Positions 29,248-38,661 of a stretch of DNA of 64,000 nt are shown here, in pieces. Within the stretch, counting starts at the first letter, position 1. Each line of letters opens with the position of its first letter. Position numbers and translations under genes: made by a program. The notes under the pieces were generated by a model. The model was not told the DNA's origin. It did not search any database and worked only from the letters and a program-made list of their open reading frames with translations. Source of the DNA: Silvanigrellaceae bacterium (GTDB lineage Bacteria; Bdellovibrionota_B; Oligoflexia; Silvanigrellales; Silvanigrellaceae). The stretch lies in the NCBI GenBank assembly GCA_049423385.1, contig JBMSQQ010000005.1, forward strand, positions 1 to 64,000, in the 5' to 3' direction.

Positions 29248-30005
29248 GTTTGCCGCGAATATTCATTCAGCAGAATGGCTGTAGCACTGGCCACGTTGAG
29301 GCTCTCAACGTGGCCAGTGCCGTTGATGCAAAGTTTCAGTTGTGATTCTTCAATCAACTTTGGGCTCACACCATCGTTTTCCGAGCCCATCACCAATGCC
29401 AGGCGACCTGGAAGTGTCGTGTTGTTCAGGGGAGAGCTTTTGACGTGACTTGAAGTCGCCGCAACGGTGAACGCAAATTCCCTGCGCAGCCTTTGCAGGA
29501 AAATGAGTGGTTCCCTGATTTCATACAGGTGGATGTGGACAGCACCTCCCTCGGCAGTCCGATGATATGCACCCGAGACCAGAGCCTTGAGCTGGTCGTT
29601 GTTCAGATTGAACAGGGCAATTCGTTGAACACCGAAATGCGCCGCCGTGCGTGCTATCGAGCCAAGGTTGTGTGGATTGGAAACACCATCCAGACAAAGA
29701 ACGCATTCTGGCGCCTTGGGTTGTCCCGCTGCGAGTTGCTCGAAGAGTTCCTGCTCGGAAAGGAGTGCGGGTCGCTCAATCAGAAGGAGCACTCCTTCAT
29801 GATGTTCAGAGCCTGAAAGTTTTGCGAGCTCAGCTTCTGTCACGATGTGGTAGGCGCGTTTTTGTTGAGCAAGATATTTAAGCAGAAAACCAAGTTTTTT
29901 TTGTTGGGTGGTCGTGCAATACGCGCGAACCACTTTGTCGGGAGCGGACTTGGAAAAGGCCAGGCAGGCATTGATGCCATAAATTTTCTGTTCAGATGGC
30001 TTCAT
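29166..30005 (-). CDS. TrmH/SpoU family RNA methyltransferase (YfiF-like)
   Basis: LDGVSNPHNLGSIART, MGSENDGV, ESLNVASA. Confidence 0.93.
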   Translation of the reverse strand: MKPSEQKIYGINACLAFSKSAPDKVVRAYCTTTQQKKLGFLLKYLAQQKRAYHIVTEAELAKLSGSEHHEGVLLLIERPALLSEQELFEQLAAGQPKAPECVLCLDGVSNPHNLGSIARTAAHFGVQRIALFNLNNDQLKALVSGAYHRTAEGGAVHIHLYEIREPLIFLQRLRREFAFTVAATSSHVKSSPLNNTTLPGRLALVMGSENDGVSPKLIEESQLKLCINGTGHVESLNVASATAILLNEYSRQTQRKKEPVLSAKPTFAGRPEGRKRRGS

Positions 30006-30514
30006 TTTTCTCCCAGGAGTCTATCAACCTGGGCAAAATAACTTTCTTCCAGCGCGTCAAACTGCAACTCCTCCCCGCAGCTGTGAATCAATTGGGGAGC
30101 ACGCTTTTCAAGAAGCCTCTTTTTGTGCGTTGCAACCGACAATTTGCAATTCAGTTCCAGATTGCACTTTGGACAAAAATAGGGAGCGAAAAAAGTTGTC
30201 ACTTTTGCATTGCCCAGGATTTGCGGCACGATGTTCGCCTGGTCGATAAAAACCACCGAGCAATCCTCAAGAGTCACATCCGATTTTCGACAGAGGTTAT
30301 TGATGAAGGATGACCATTCGCGAATCCCGAGCGAGTTGATGGAGCGGAGACCTGCGAGATTGATGAGATAGGCCTTGCATTCAGGCAGTGGAATCAACTT
30401 TGATTTGAAATTTTCATGAATTTCGCCATCCACGAATACACTCAAACACTCATCCTTGTTGCCTTCAATGCGGAGCTGGAGATTGTCATAATTGAGATTG
30501 CTCAGGTGACTCAT
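30002..30514 (-). CDS. STAS-like domain protein with C-terminal zinc-ribbon-like motif
   Basis: INLAGLRSINSLGIREW; APYFCPKC...IHSCG. Confidence 0.7.
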   Translation of the reverse strand: MSHLSNLNYDNLQLRIEGNKDECLSVFVDGEIHENFKSKLIPLPECKAYLINLAGLRSINSLGIREWSSFINNLCRKSDVTLEDCSVVFIDQANIVPQILGNAKVTTFFAPYFCPKCNLELNCKLSVATHKKRLLEKRAPQLIHSCGEELQFDALEESYFAQVDRLLGEK

Positions 30515-30654
30515 TGATGCCTCGCGGATAGTCAAACCGTAGACTTAAGTTTCTCACGTTGTTGAAGGTTTGCAAGCCTCGAGGCGTGCATATTAACGTG
30601 GCAAAACGGAGAGATGCCCAAATATCAAGGACAAGCCGTGTGGAGTTTGACTGG

Positions 30655-30677
30655 TTATCAACTTTTTGTGTGGATAA
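30655..30677. promoter_or_regulatory. Inverted pair of DnaA-box-like sites
   Basis: TTATCAACT (2 mismatches) at 30655 and a perfect TGTGGATAA at 30669-30677, next to an AT-rich tract. Confidence 0.5.
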
Positions 30678-30891
30678 GTGCCAAGAATAAATTTTTATAT
30701 TTTTGTAACATTCCGTTATTATTTTGATTTTTCTTTCGTCGTTTAAATGGTTCATATTTAAAAACAATACTCAAGCTAGCGCTACATATGATGTTTCTTT
30801 TGGTGATAAAGCACTATCTGTGGTGCCTGTACCGAAGGGCGGCTCTGTGTTTTAACAATCCGGCCGCGCAATGACGGAGGAGGGACATCTC

Positions 30892-31425
30892 ATGAGCCTT
30901 CGTGATCAATTTTTGAAAGCTGGTCTTGTTTCCAAGAAACAGGCCAAGCAGGCCGAGACTCAGGCCAAACAAAAAGAGCACCAGGCAAAGAAGAACAAGG
31001 CAGTTGCCGAGGAAGTTGCTGCAACAAAAGCCGAAGAGCTGCATGAGATCGAAAAAAGCAAGTTCGAAAAGCAGCAGCGGGATTTCGAGTTGAACATGCA
31101 GCGCGAACAGTTGCGCATGCAGCGTGAGAATTTTCTGCGTTGTCAGCAATTGATGAAATCGAATGCTGTCAACGAGTCAAAAGCAGTCGAAGTCTATTTT
31201 TTTCTGGAGCAGGAGAGATTCGTTCGCAAGGTTCTTGTGACGCCCTGGCAGCGTGAAATGCTGGCACGGGGAAAAATGGCCATTGGAAGGCTCAGTGAGC
31301 AGGTGGATGAATTTTTGATTCTGCCTTACAATACCGCCCGTACAGTCATGGACCTGCATTCTGGCTTCATCATCACGCTGCACTCCGAGGTTTCGGACGA
31401 CAGGGAAGTTCAGTCTGGAGAATGA
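30892..31425 (+). CDS. DUF2058 family protein
   Basis: MSLRDQFLKAGLVSKKQAK N-terminus; coiled coil; LARGKMAI. Confidence 0.8.
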   Translation: MSLRDQFLKAGLVSKKQAKQAETQAKQKEHQAKKNKAVAEEVAATKAEELHEIEKSKFEKQQRDFELNMQREQLRMQRENFLRCQQLMKSNAVNESKAVEVYFFLEQERFVRKVLVTPWQREMLARGKMAIGRLSEQVDEFLILPYNTARTVMDLHSGFIITLHSEVSDDREVQSGE

Positions 31426-31446
31426 CGTTTCAGAGAAAGGATCTTT

Positions 31447-32583
31447 ATGTCGAACGGAAAGATGATTGGTTTTCTTGTGGGCGGTGTTTGTATGGGGCTT
31501 GTGGCAGGAACTGTCGTCACCATGGCGATGGTCAAAACACCTTCGGCCCAGTCGTCGTCTGTCGGCGCTGCAGATGCCTTGTCAGCAGGAAACACTCCCA
31601 TCTTTGAAGTGGATGGCAAGCGTTTGACTCGTGAAGATCTCCCCTCGGAAGTGCAGGATCAACTTTTCCAGATGCAGAGCCAGATGCACGAAGCAACCTT
31701 GGCTTCGCTCAAGGAAGTTGGATTGCGCATGGCACTGGCTGCCGACAAGAAGGTGGACACCAAGGGAGGAAAATCCCTTCCCGAGCTCAGAACTTTGCTC
31801 GAGGGCAAGACGATATCCGAAGCAGAGATGAGGGCATTTTTCGATGCCAACCAAAAGAGCTTGCCCCCTGGTACCACATTTGAACAGGTTCGGCCGCAGT
31901 TGGAGCAATTCATGCAACAACAGCAATCGGGAGATCAGGTTCGCCAGGAAGTAGCCAAGCTCGAGGAAAAGGGCCGATTGAAGGTGTTATTGAAAGCTCC
32001 TGTCGCGCCGTTTGTGCAGCTCGATCTCACGGGATTGCCTTTCCGTGGCAGCGAATCGGCCAAGGTTGTCGTGGTTGAAGCCTCCGACTATCTTTGTCCA
32101 CACTGTCGACATGCCAATGAAGATGTCGAAAAAGTGCTCAAGGAATACGGTTCAAAGGTCAAATTCGTTCAGGCCAACTTTGCTCTTCGCCCAACAGGTT
32201 TGAGTGGTGTTCTGGTTCGCGGTGCGTATTGCGCCAACAAGCAGGGGAATGATCAATTTTGGAAATATCACGAGAAGGCTTTTGCTGTGCCACTGGAAGC
32301 GGCGAACCCAATTTCTCCCAATACAGATAAAGCTTTTGCAGACACAGCCATCAAGGCTGCGCAGGATGCGGGCTTGAATGCTGCTGAATTTGAGAAATGC
32401 CTCGCAGCCGAAGAAACAAAGAAGAGTGTCGAAGCAGCCAATGCCAAGCTGACATCCGTTGGGGTCACGGGCACGCCAACCTTCTTCGTGAACAACCGCA
32501 AGATTGGTGCTCCGCAGAACCTGGCGAGCGCTGTTGCTGCCGAGTTGGAACGCCTGAGCTCGAATCCATCCAAAGCAAACTGA
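31447..32583 (+). CDS. DsbA-family thioredoxin-like oxidoreductase with N-terminal helical domain
   Basis: N-terminal TM; SDYLCPHC; GVTGTPTFFVN. Confidence 0.9.
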   Translation: MSNGKMIGFLVGGVCMGLVAGTVVTMAMVKTPSAQSSSVGAADALSAGNTPIFEVDGKRLTREDLPSEVQDQLFQMQSQMHEATLASLKEVGLRMALAADKKVDTKGGKSLPELRTLLEGKTISEAEMRAFFDANQKSLPPGTTFEQVRPQLEQFMQQQQSGDQVRQEVAKLEEKGRLKVLLKAPVAPFVQLDLTGLPFRGSESAKVVVVEASDYLCPHCRHANEDVEKVLKEYGSKVKFVQANFALRPTGLSGVLVRGAYCANKQGNDQFWKYHEKAFAVPLEAANPISPNTDKAFADTAIKAAQDAGLNAAEFEKCLAAEETKKSVEAANAKLTSVGVTGTPTFFVNNRKIGAPQNLASAVAAELERLSSNPSKAN

Positions 32584-32618
32584 TCTGACTTGTTCTTGTT
32601 TAGCTCCGCGCTTCAATG

Positions 32619-32648
32619 AAAAGAGCGACCTTCATGCGAAGGTCGCTC
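32619..32648 (-). terminator. Intrinsic terminator
   Basis: gagcgaccttc-atgc-gaaggtcgctc 11-bp stem with a U-tract on the minus strand, between convergent genes. Confidence 0.75.
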
Positions 32649-32683
32649 CAAGTTTGTCTGGGGAAGACAGAATCACTTCGGGA

Positions 32684-33724
32684 TCAATTGCTGCTTTTGC
32701 ATGTCTCCAACCTATAGTTGATGGAATCCACTTTTTCCTCGGTGCCGCCATTCTTCGAGACCCATGCTTCGCCATCCTTGAACTGAATGCTGAGCACGTT
32801 TGAAGAAGCTGCGGCAGGATCAACCTTGGCAACCTGCAGCGTTCCCGAAACAGGCTTGCAGTTTTCGGAGAACTTGACGTTTGCGTAAGTCAAATTGATT
32901 TGCATTCCACTGGTGCGCACGATCTTGATTTGACCGCTTTTGATCGTTTTTGAAATCAGTTTCTGGGAACCCGATTCGCGCACTGTTTCGATCTGCAATG
33001 GAGCGTCTGCAAGGCTCTCGTAGCTGTGTGATTCGCTGGTCTCTTTGCCGTCTTTCGTGATCTTCACATTGCCGCTCGACTTGATTGCCAGCGACTTTTG
33101 AAGGGTCAGTTTGCCATCGGCAAGCGAAGCTTCACCAAACGTGGCGGAACGGCTGCCACTGTGTTCAGACTCGCGAGAGTGGACCACAACCGAATCCTTT
33201 TTGACCACAATACTGTGAGAGCGGCTGCTGGAGGCGGCCATTGTCATGCCTTCATAAGAAGACAGTTTGCCTTCGAGAATACCGACAGGGCCTTGCGCAG
33301 TTTTGCATTCGAGGGGCAGTTCGGACCCCTCAAGTGGCTTGAAGATCCGTTCAAAGGAAGAGTCGAGCGAGACGCTTCTCTCAAAGCTGCCTTTTTTGGT
33401 GGTACGTTGGCTGTTTTTGTCAAGTGACTTTGACTTCTTCAAGGTCAGCACTCCGTTTGCGACCGCGCATGACTTCGCATGGGTCTTGTTGCTGCTCGCG
33501 ACGAGACCGAGAGCGGAATTGGAACCCGCTGAGTCATCCACCGACAATTCCAATGCAACGTCCTCTAAATGATCGGCAACGACTTCATCGGATTCGTCGG
33601 ATGCAATCATCAGATTTGAATTGATTGCAGATGAATCGTTGGTGTTCAGTGGTGATTTGCCGCACGCAACTGCAAGAATGGAAAGGGGAGCCAGAACGAG
33701 AAGATTGTTGATACGGTTTTTCAT
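32684..33724 (-). CDS. Hypothetical beta-rich lipoprotein
   Basis: GGGAGG before ATG 33724; LAVAC lipobox; Ser/Lys/Thr-rich beta pattern. Confidence 0.8.
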   Translation of the reverse strand: MKNRINNLLVLAPLSILAVACGKSPLNTNDSSAINSNLMIASDESDEVVADHLEDVALELSVDDSAGSNSALGLVASSNKTHAKSCAVANGVLTLKKSKSLDKNSQRTTKKGSFERSVSLDSSFERIFKPLEGSELPLECKTAQGPVGILEGKLSSYEGMTMAASSSRSHSIVVKKDSVVVHSRESEHSGSRSATFGEASLADGKLTLQKSLAIKSSGNVKITKDGKETSESHSYESLADAPLQIETVRESGSQKLISKTIKSGQIKIVRTSGMQINLTYANVKFSENCKPVSGTLQVAKVDPAAASSNVLSIQFKDGEAWVSKNGGTEEKVDSINYRLETCKSSN

Positions 33725-33759
33725 AAAGACCTCCCATCGCGGAATTGCGATTAGTCTTC

Positions 33760-33787
33760 TTAACGGCATTTTGTTTTCTGCACTTGA
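33760..33787 (-). promoter_or_regulatory. FliA/sigma28-like promoter TCAA-N16-GCCGTTAA
   Basis: Minus strand tcaa gtgcagaaaacaaaat gccgttaa, with an AT-rich upstream element. Confidence 0.6.
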
Positions 33788-33863
33788 ATTGAAAATTATA
33801 CAGTATTAAATTCAATTAGTTATAAAATTCAAAAAGATGCAAGAGATATTTTTTTGCACATTT

Positions 33864-36029
33864 TCAGGTCTGCGTCGTCGTGATTTCCGCGATGAAGGCT
33901 GAGCGTCCCGGAACCATGAGTGAATCATGAGAAGGGTTCTCAACAACCTCAAAGGTTGCATCCAGATTCCGGGACAATCCAATGTTCACGACTCGTGTCA
34001 AGCGCGTGGATGAATCCAGCAGTACAGACGTTGGGTTGGACCCGAAGTGAACTCCTGTCAGGAATGCACGCTCTCCATCCTGAAGAGTTTGCAATTGCAG
34101 GTTCGATGATTGCGCTTGTGCAACCGTTGCAAGTTCAAGAACCTTCCGCAACAAGCTCCAGGTTTCCTTGGAACCGATCGGACAGGTGGCAACGTGAACA
34201 TGACTCCCGTGATTTGAGGTTTCTTTCAACTTCAAAAGTGCGGGTGAATGGCTGTAAATGGAGTTTGCGGAAAAGTGGGCTTCAATCTGCCATGCGGGAT
34301 TCACAACCTTGATCTTTTCTGCCCAAAGATGTCCTTCAAATCCTTGACCCGAATTGATGTCGGTGCATTCGCAAGACTCCTTTTCATTTTCGAGCATGGC
34401 CCCGTAGTCTTCAAGGAAAAAATCCTGTTCGGAATAAAAGACCGCGGGCATTGGGCTCAATTTGTTGTTGCGAGTCTTGTACCCGGTGCGCGGAAAGCTC
34501 AAGACTTTGCCGCCATTTTTGCGGAATTCGCTCAATGTTTTTCGTTCTTCGCTTGTCAGTTCAAAAGCATGTCCAGGAAGAATAATGAGTTTGTAATTGG
34601 AAATGTTTTTTTGCTCTGATGCAATGCTTCGCGCAAACCAGAGTCCCCAGGCGTGGCGATGACAGAATTGCGCGACGAGGTCGAGTTGCTTGCGGGTGGA
34701 GTAGTTCACGCTTTGTGAGGTGATCTCGTGGCTCCACAGGCTCTCGGAATCGTGAATGCATAGAACATCGCGAGCGGGCAAGGGAAGGTTGTTTTTGAAT
34801 CCGAATGCATTTCCAAGCCCTGCAAAGACTTGGTTCTTTGCATCGATGAGCTTTTCCTGTTGTGATTTTTCAATTCTCACATCGTGAGGAACGACGCCGT
34901 CGTGATATTGCTCGCAACCACCTGGCATCCGTTGCCAACTGAAATAGAGCATTCCGTCAGCACCCTGGAATGCGGATTGCATGCCCCACAGAAGGAGCCA
35001 GTCGAAATTGAATCGTCGATTTGTTGGCTGCCAGTTCACCTGCAGTGGTTGCTGCTCAAGAATTGTAAAGTGTTTCTGTCTGGCCGAGCGCATCAGTGCA
35101 AATTGCCATGCGGATGTTGTCGGGTGAGGCTCCGATTCCATTTGGTAGTGATCAAATCCCACATAGTCGAGGTCTTCTGACGCCTGCCACGGACACAGGT
35201 CGGTGAACAAGGTCATGAGATTGTGGGTGATGGGGCGGCCGGGGCTGTGCTTGCGGATGATCTCGATCTGGTCTCGTTGAAATTGGCAAAGAGCATCGTT
35301 GCTGAACCTGCGAAAATCGAGTTCCATATGCGGGTTTTGATCTGCCCAGGAAGCAAATGGCAAATCGATTTCCTCAAAGCCGCGATAACGCTGCGACCAG
35401 AAACAGGTGAACCAGTCGTCATTCAGGGTGTCGATTTCTCCGTTGTATTTTTTTGCAAGCCACTGTTGGAAATTCCGGCGTGCGTGTTTCGTGTAAAGGA
35501 AGACGGAATTGTGGCAACCGAATTCATTGTCTGTCTGCCAGGACTTCACTGCGGGGTGTGCGCCAAAGGTTCGGGCGTAAAGTTCGGAAATGCGCTTGTT
35601 TTCGGATTGGTAAACAGGGTGATGAAAATCATAATGACGGCGTGAACCAAACGGAATCTGTTGTCCGTTGCGTGTGACCGGCAGAATGTCGGGGTGTTTG
35701 TCGATGAGCCATTTGGGTGGCGTTGCAGTGGGTGTGCAAAAAATAACATCGATTGCATGCATTTGGGCGAGGTCAAGCGCCTGCAGGAAAATGTCGGATT
35801 TGCAATCGCCAGGAGTGGGTTCAACCGTGGCCCAGCTGAATTCTCCCATGCGGATTGTGTGTATGTTTTGTTTTGCCATGCGTTTGAAATCTTCCGCAAG
35901 GCGTTCCTTGGTTGACAGCCATTCCGTTTTTCCGCTGTCGACCCTGCGTGTGAGCGTTGGGCGTTGGGAGATGTAATCCGGATAGTAGGCAGCTCCCAGC
36001 TTGAAAAGGTTTTGTTTTTGATTTGTCAT
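33864..36029 (-). CDS. Beta-galactosidase, GH42
   Basis: RMGEFSW, TPTATPPKW, WQTDNE (acid/base), FWSQRY, LEQQ (nucleophile), EQYHDG. Confidence 0.93.
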   Translation of the reverse strand: MTNQKQNLFKLGAAYYPDYISQRPTLTRRVDSGKTEWLSTKERLAEDFKRMAKQNIHTIRMGEFSWATVEPTPGDCKSDIFLQALDLAQMHAIDVIFCTPTATPPKWLIDKHPDILPVTRNGQQIPFGSRRHYDFHHPVYQSENKRISELYARTFGAHPAVKSWQTDNEFGCHNSVFLYTKHARRNFQQWLAKKYNGEIDTLNDDWFTCFWSQRYRGFEEIDLPFASWADQNPHMELDFRRFSNDALCQFQRDQIEIIRKHSPGRPITHNLMTLFTDLCPWQASEDLDYVGFDHYQMESEPHPTTSAWQFALMRSARQKHFTILEQQPLQVNWQPTNRRFNFDWLLLWGMQSAFQGADGMLYFSWQRMPGGCEQYHDGVVPHDVRIEKSQQEKLIDAKNQVFAGLGNAFGFKNNLPLPARDVLCIHDSESLWSHEITSQSVNYSTRKQLDLVAQFCHRHAWGLWFARSIASEQKNISNYKLIILPGHAFELTSEERKTLSEFRKNGGKVLSFPRTGYKTRNNKLSPMPAVFYSEQDFFLEDYGAMLENEKESCECTDINSGQGFEGHLWAEKIKVVNPAWQIEAHFSANSIYSHSPALLKLKETSNHGSHVHVATCPIGSKETWSLLRKVLELATVAQAQSSNLQLQTLQDGERAFLTGVHFGSNPTSVLLDSSTRLTRVVNIGLSRNLDATFEVVENPSHDSLMVPGRSAFIAEITTTQT

Positions 36030-36060
36030 GATGGCCTCGTTCTATCTCGCTGAGTGGAAT

Positions 36061-37449
36061 TTAGTCTATGGTTTCGAGTCCGGTTGAAAAACCCGTTGAG
36101 GGTTGGCAAACGTAAAGTTTTGGCAAAATTCCCGTGGCCTGAGTGTAGGGATTCGAGGTGGATGCGAATCTCTCAACCAGTGCATCGCAGATTCCGCGAT
36201 GCACGAGCTGGATGGTAGAGCCACCGAAGCCTCCGCCCGTCATGCGTGAGCCGACCAGTGCTTCAGTCGCGAGTGCGGGCTGAGTCCGACACAATTCGCG
36301 GACGACAGCTTCCATTGAGGAGCAGGCCGAGTTGAGTTCAGGACAAGTGACCTCATAGAGTTGATCAAGAGACTTGTGACTGGCGCGCATTGCGTTTGCA
36401 AGGCTCAGAAGATCACCTGACGAAAGAGCCTTGGCCGCAGCCATCACCCTTGAATTCTCCAACATGGCGTGGCAGGCCCGTTTGGCCAGCGTTTTCGACT
36501 CCGGGTTGTCTTCCAGTAAAGTCTCCAGCTGGATGAGATATTCAGCTTCCGTGGCAATCGCCTGAAATCTTGGAAGTCGTGCGAGTTCGCCAAGGGAGTG
36601 TGCTCCCAGGCCCAGTTTTTTATTGAGCTGCTTGAGAGCATTTTCGCAACTTGCCCGTCGTTCGTTGTAAGCGCTTTCCGCCAAGGAGTGGTTCACACCG
36701 GTTTTGAAAATCACAAGGCTGTGGTTGTGAAACGCTTCATGTGCTTTTGCATAGCTGATGTGGAAGCCTTGGGACACCGGGAACTCGAGAAAATCAATGC
36801 GGGTAAAGTGGTCGGCTCGCGAACATAAAACCGCCAGTTGATCCATCAGCCCACACTTTGTACCGGCGAATCTGTGTTCGACGTACATTGCGAGCCGCGC
36901 AATGATCGCGGCATCAAGAGGTACGCCGGCCAATGTGTTCAGTTGACCCAGGATTGAAATGCAAAGCGCAGCTGAGCTGCTGAGTCCAGCTCCTTGGGGC
37001 AGGTCGGAGTCGAGAATGATGCTCAGGCTGTGATCGTGCCACGGCATCCGTTCGAACTGACGCGTTCTCAATGTTGCTTCGAAAATCGCGAAACATCCGA
37101 CGAGGTATTTTGACCAGCCGTGTGCATCGAGTTCGTTCAATCGAACTGCATCACTCTTTTCGACACCCGTGTCCAACAATTGATTTGCAATCAACCTGAT
37201 GTCATTGCCGGTCAAATGCAGGGTTGCATTTGAACTGCGCGAGGCTACAAAAACTTCACTGACTCGTCCTGTCAGCAGCTTCAGGCTGGAATGGATTCCC
37301 AGGTTGAGCGCTGCCGGCATCACCATCCCGCCATTGTAGTCGGTGTGTTCACCTATCAGGTTGACCCGACCCGGCGCGAAGCTCACCAGGTTTTGAACTG
37401 TTGAGCCGGGATCAATGGGAAGCGGATGTACGCCTTGTGTGATTTGCAT
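36061..37449 (-). CDS. galK: Galactokinase
   Basis: APGRVNLIGEHTDYNGG, GAGLSSSA, CGLMDQ, RMTGGGFGG. Confidence 0.96.
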   Translation of the reverse strand: MQITQGVHPLPIDPGSTVQNLVSFAPGRVNLIGEHTDYNGGMVMPAALNLGIHSSLKLLTGRVSEVFVASRSSNATLHLTGNDIRLIANQLLDTGVEKSDAVRLNELDAHGWSKYLVGCFAIFEATLRTRQFERMPWHDHSLSIILDSDLPQGAGLSSSAALCISILGQLNTLAGVPLDAAIIARLAMYVEHRFAGTKCGLMDQLAVLCSRADHFTRIDFLEFPVSQGFHISYAKAHEAFHNHSLVIFKTGVNHSLAESAYNERRASCENALKQLNKKLGLGAHSLGELARLPRFQAIATEAEYLIQLETLLEDNPESKTLAKRACHAMLENSRVMAAAKALSSGDLLSLANAMRASHKSLDQLYEVTCPELNSACSSMEAVVRELCRTQPALATEALVGSRMTGGGFGGSTIQLVHRGICDALVERFASTSNPYTQATGILPKLYVCQPSTGFSTGLETID

Positions 37450-37494
37450 CGGAGAAAATTCCTTTTTTCTTCCTGGCGGGAATATTGGGTTGAT

Positions 37495-38589
37495 TCAGCT
37501 TTCGAAGTTGCCGACCTCGACTTCCATTTTTCTGAGTTCAGCAGCCTTTTCTTCCGGAAAAGTATCATTGATGAAAAAACCGGTTCCGCTTTCAACACCG
37601 GCCAGGTACTTGAGTTTCTGTGCGGTTCGATAGGGTGGATAAAGTTCGATGTGCCAATGGTAGCTTGGGCAGTCTGCATCGTTCGCGCGCGCCTGGTGAT
37701 GCGCCATGATGTAAGGCATGGGGAAATTGAAAAGCTTGTCGTATTTGAGCAGAACGGTCTTGAGGACCAACGCCAAATCTCGTCTCTCGCGTGCATCCAG
37801 TTGGTGAATCAGGGGACGATGTTTCCGGGTCGTGATGTGCACTTCGTATGGGTAGCGGGCCGCAAACGGAACCCAGGCAACGACAGATTCAGTTTCAAAG
37901 ACGATGCGATGCTTGTCTTGAATTTCCTCTTTTGCCATAGAGCAAACCAGGCATTCACCTGTTTTCTCATGATGTGCAGCTGCGGCCCGGTGTTCCGCGG
38001 CAACAAAAGGAGGAACATGATTGAACGAGTAAATTTGTCCATGGGGATGGTGCAGGGTGACTCCTATCTCTGTCCCCTTGTTTTCGAAAGGAAAAATGAA
38101 TTCAATCTTTGGGTCCTTGGCAATCTCGAGACAACGGTCCTGCCAGACTGCGACCAGTCCTTCAATTTGCGACAGAGGTTCATTGGCGAGTGTGGAATCA
38201 TGTCTCGGAGAATACAGCACCACTTCGCAACGTCCCGTGTGCTTTCCATCCGCCTGTGAGAGTCCAGGAAACATGTTTTCGAAGACGGCCCAGGAATAAA
38301 GTTCCGGGCTTGGTGGAACTTCGGTTGCAAAGGTTGATCCATCGTTGACAGGTTTCACCGGGCAGAGTGGGCAGTATTCGCGGGGAGGCAGGAAAGGGCG
38401 ATCCTGCCGACTGGCCGAGATGCTGACAAATTCGCCGCGCATGGCATTCCAGCGCAAGTGCGGAGGAGTCCAGGTTTGTGGGCGCACCAGGCCCGATTCC
38501 ACGGGCTCAAAGTCCCGCGCAAATGGCCTGCGGCTGTATTGAATCCAAACACGGCCATCCGGCTTGCGCCATTCGAATTTGTGCAGCAT
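37495..38589 (-). CDS. galT: Galactose-1-phosphate uridylyltransferase
   Basis: RQDRP, CPLC, FENKG...HPHGQ, KYLAGVE. Confidence 0.96.
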   Translation of the reverse strand: MLHKFEWRKPDGRVWIQYSRRPFARDFEPVESGLVRPQTWTPPHLRWNAMRGEFVSISASRQDRPFLPPREYCPLCPVKPVNDGSTFATEVPPSPELYSWAVFENMFPGLSQADGKHTGRCEVVLYSPRHDSTLANEPLSQIEGLVAVWQDRCLEIAKDPKIEFIFPFENKGTEIGVTLHHPHGQIYSFNHVPPFVAAEHRAAAAHHEKTGECLVCSMAKEEIQDKHRIVFETESVVAWVPFAARYPYEVHITTRKHRPLIHQLDARERRDLALVLKTVLLKYDKLFNFPMPYIMAHHQARANDADCPSYHWHIELYPPYRTAQKLKYLAGVESGTGFFINDTFPEEKAAELRKMEVEVGNFES

Positions 38590-38661
38590 GGGTTTGAGTC
38601 TCCTGGTTCAGACGACAATTCTAGCCTGAATTGCGCTGAACGACAAAGATTCACACATGTT

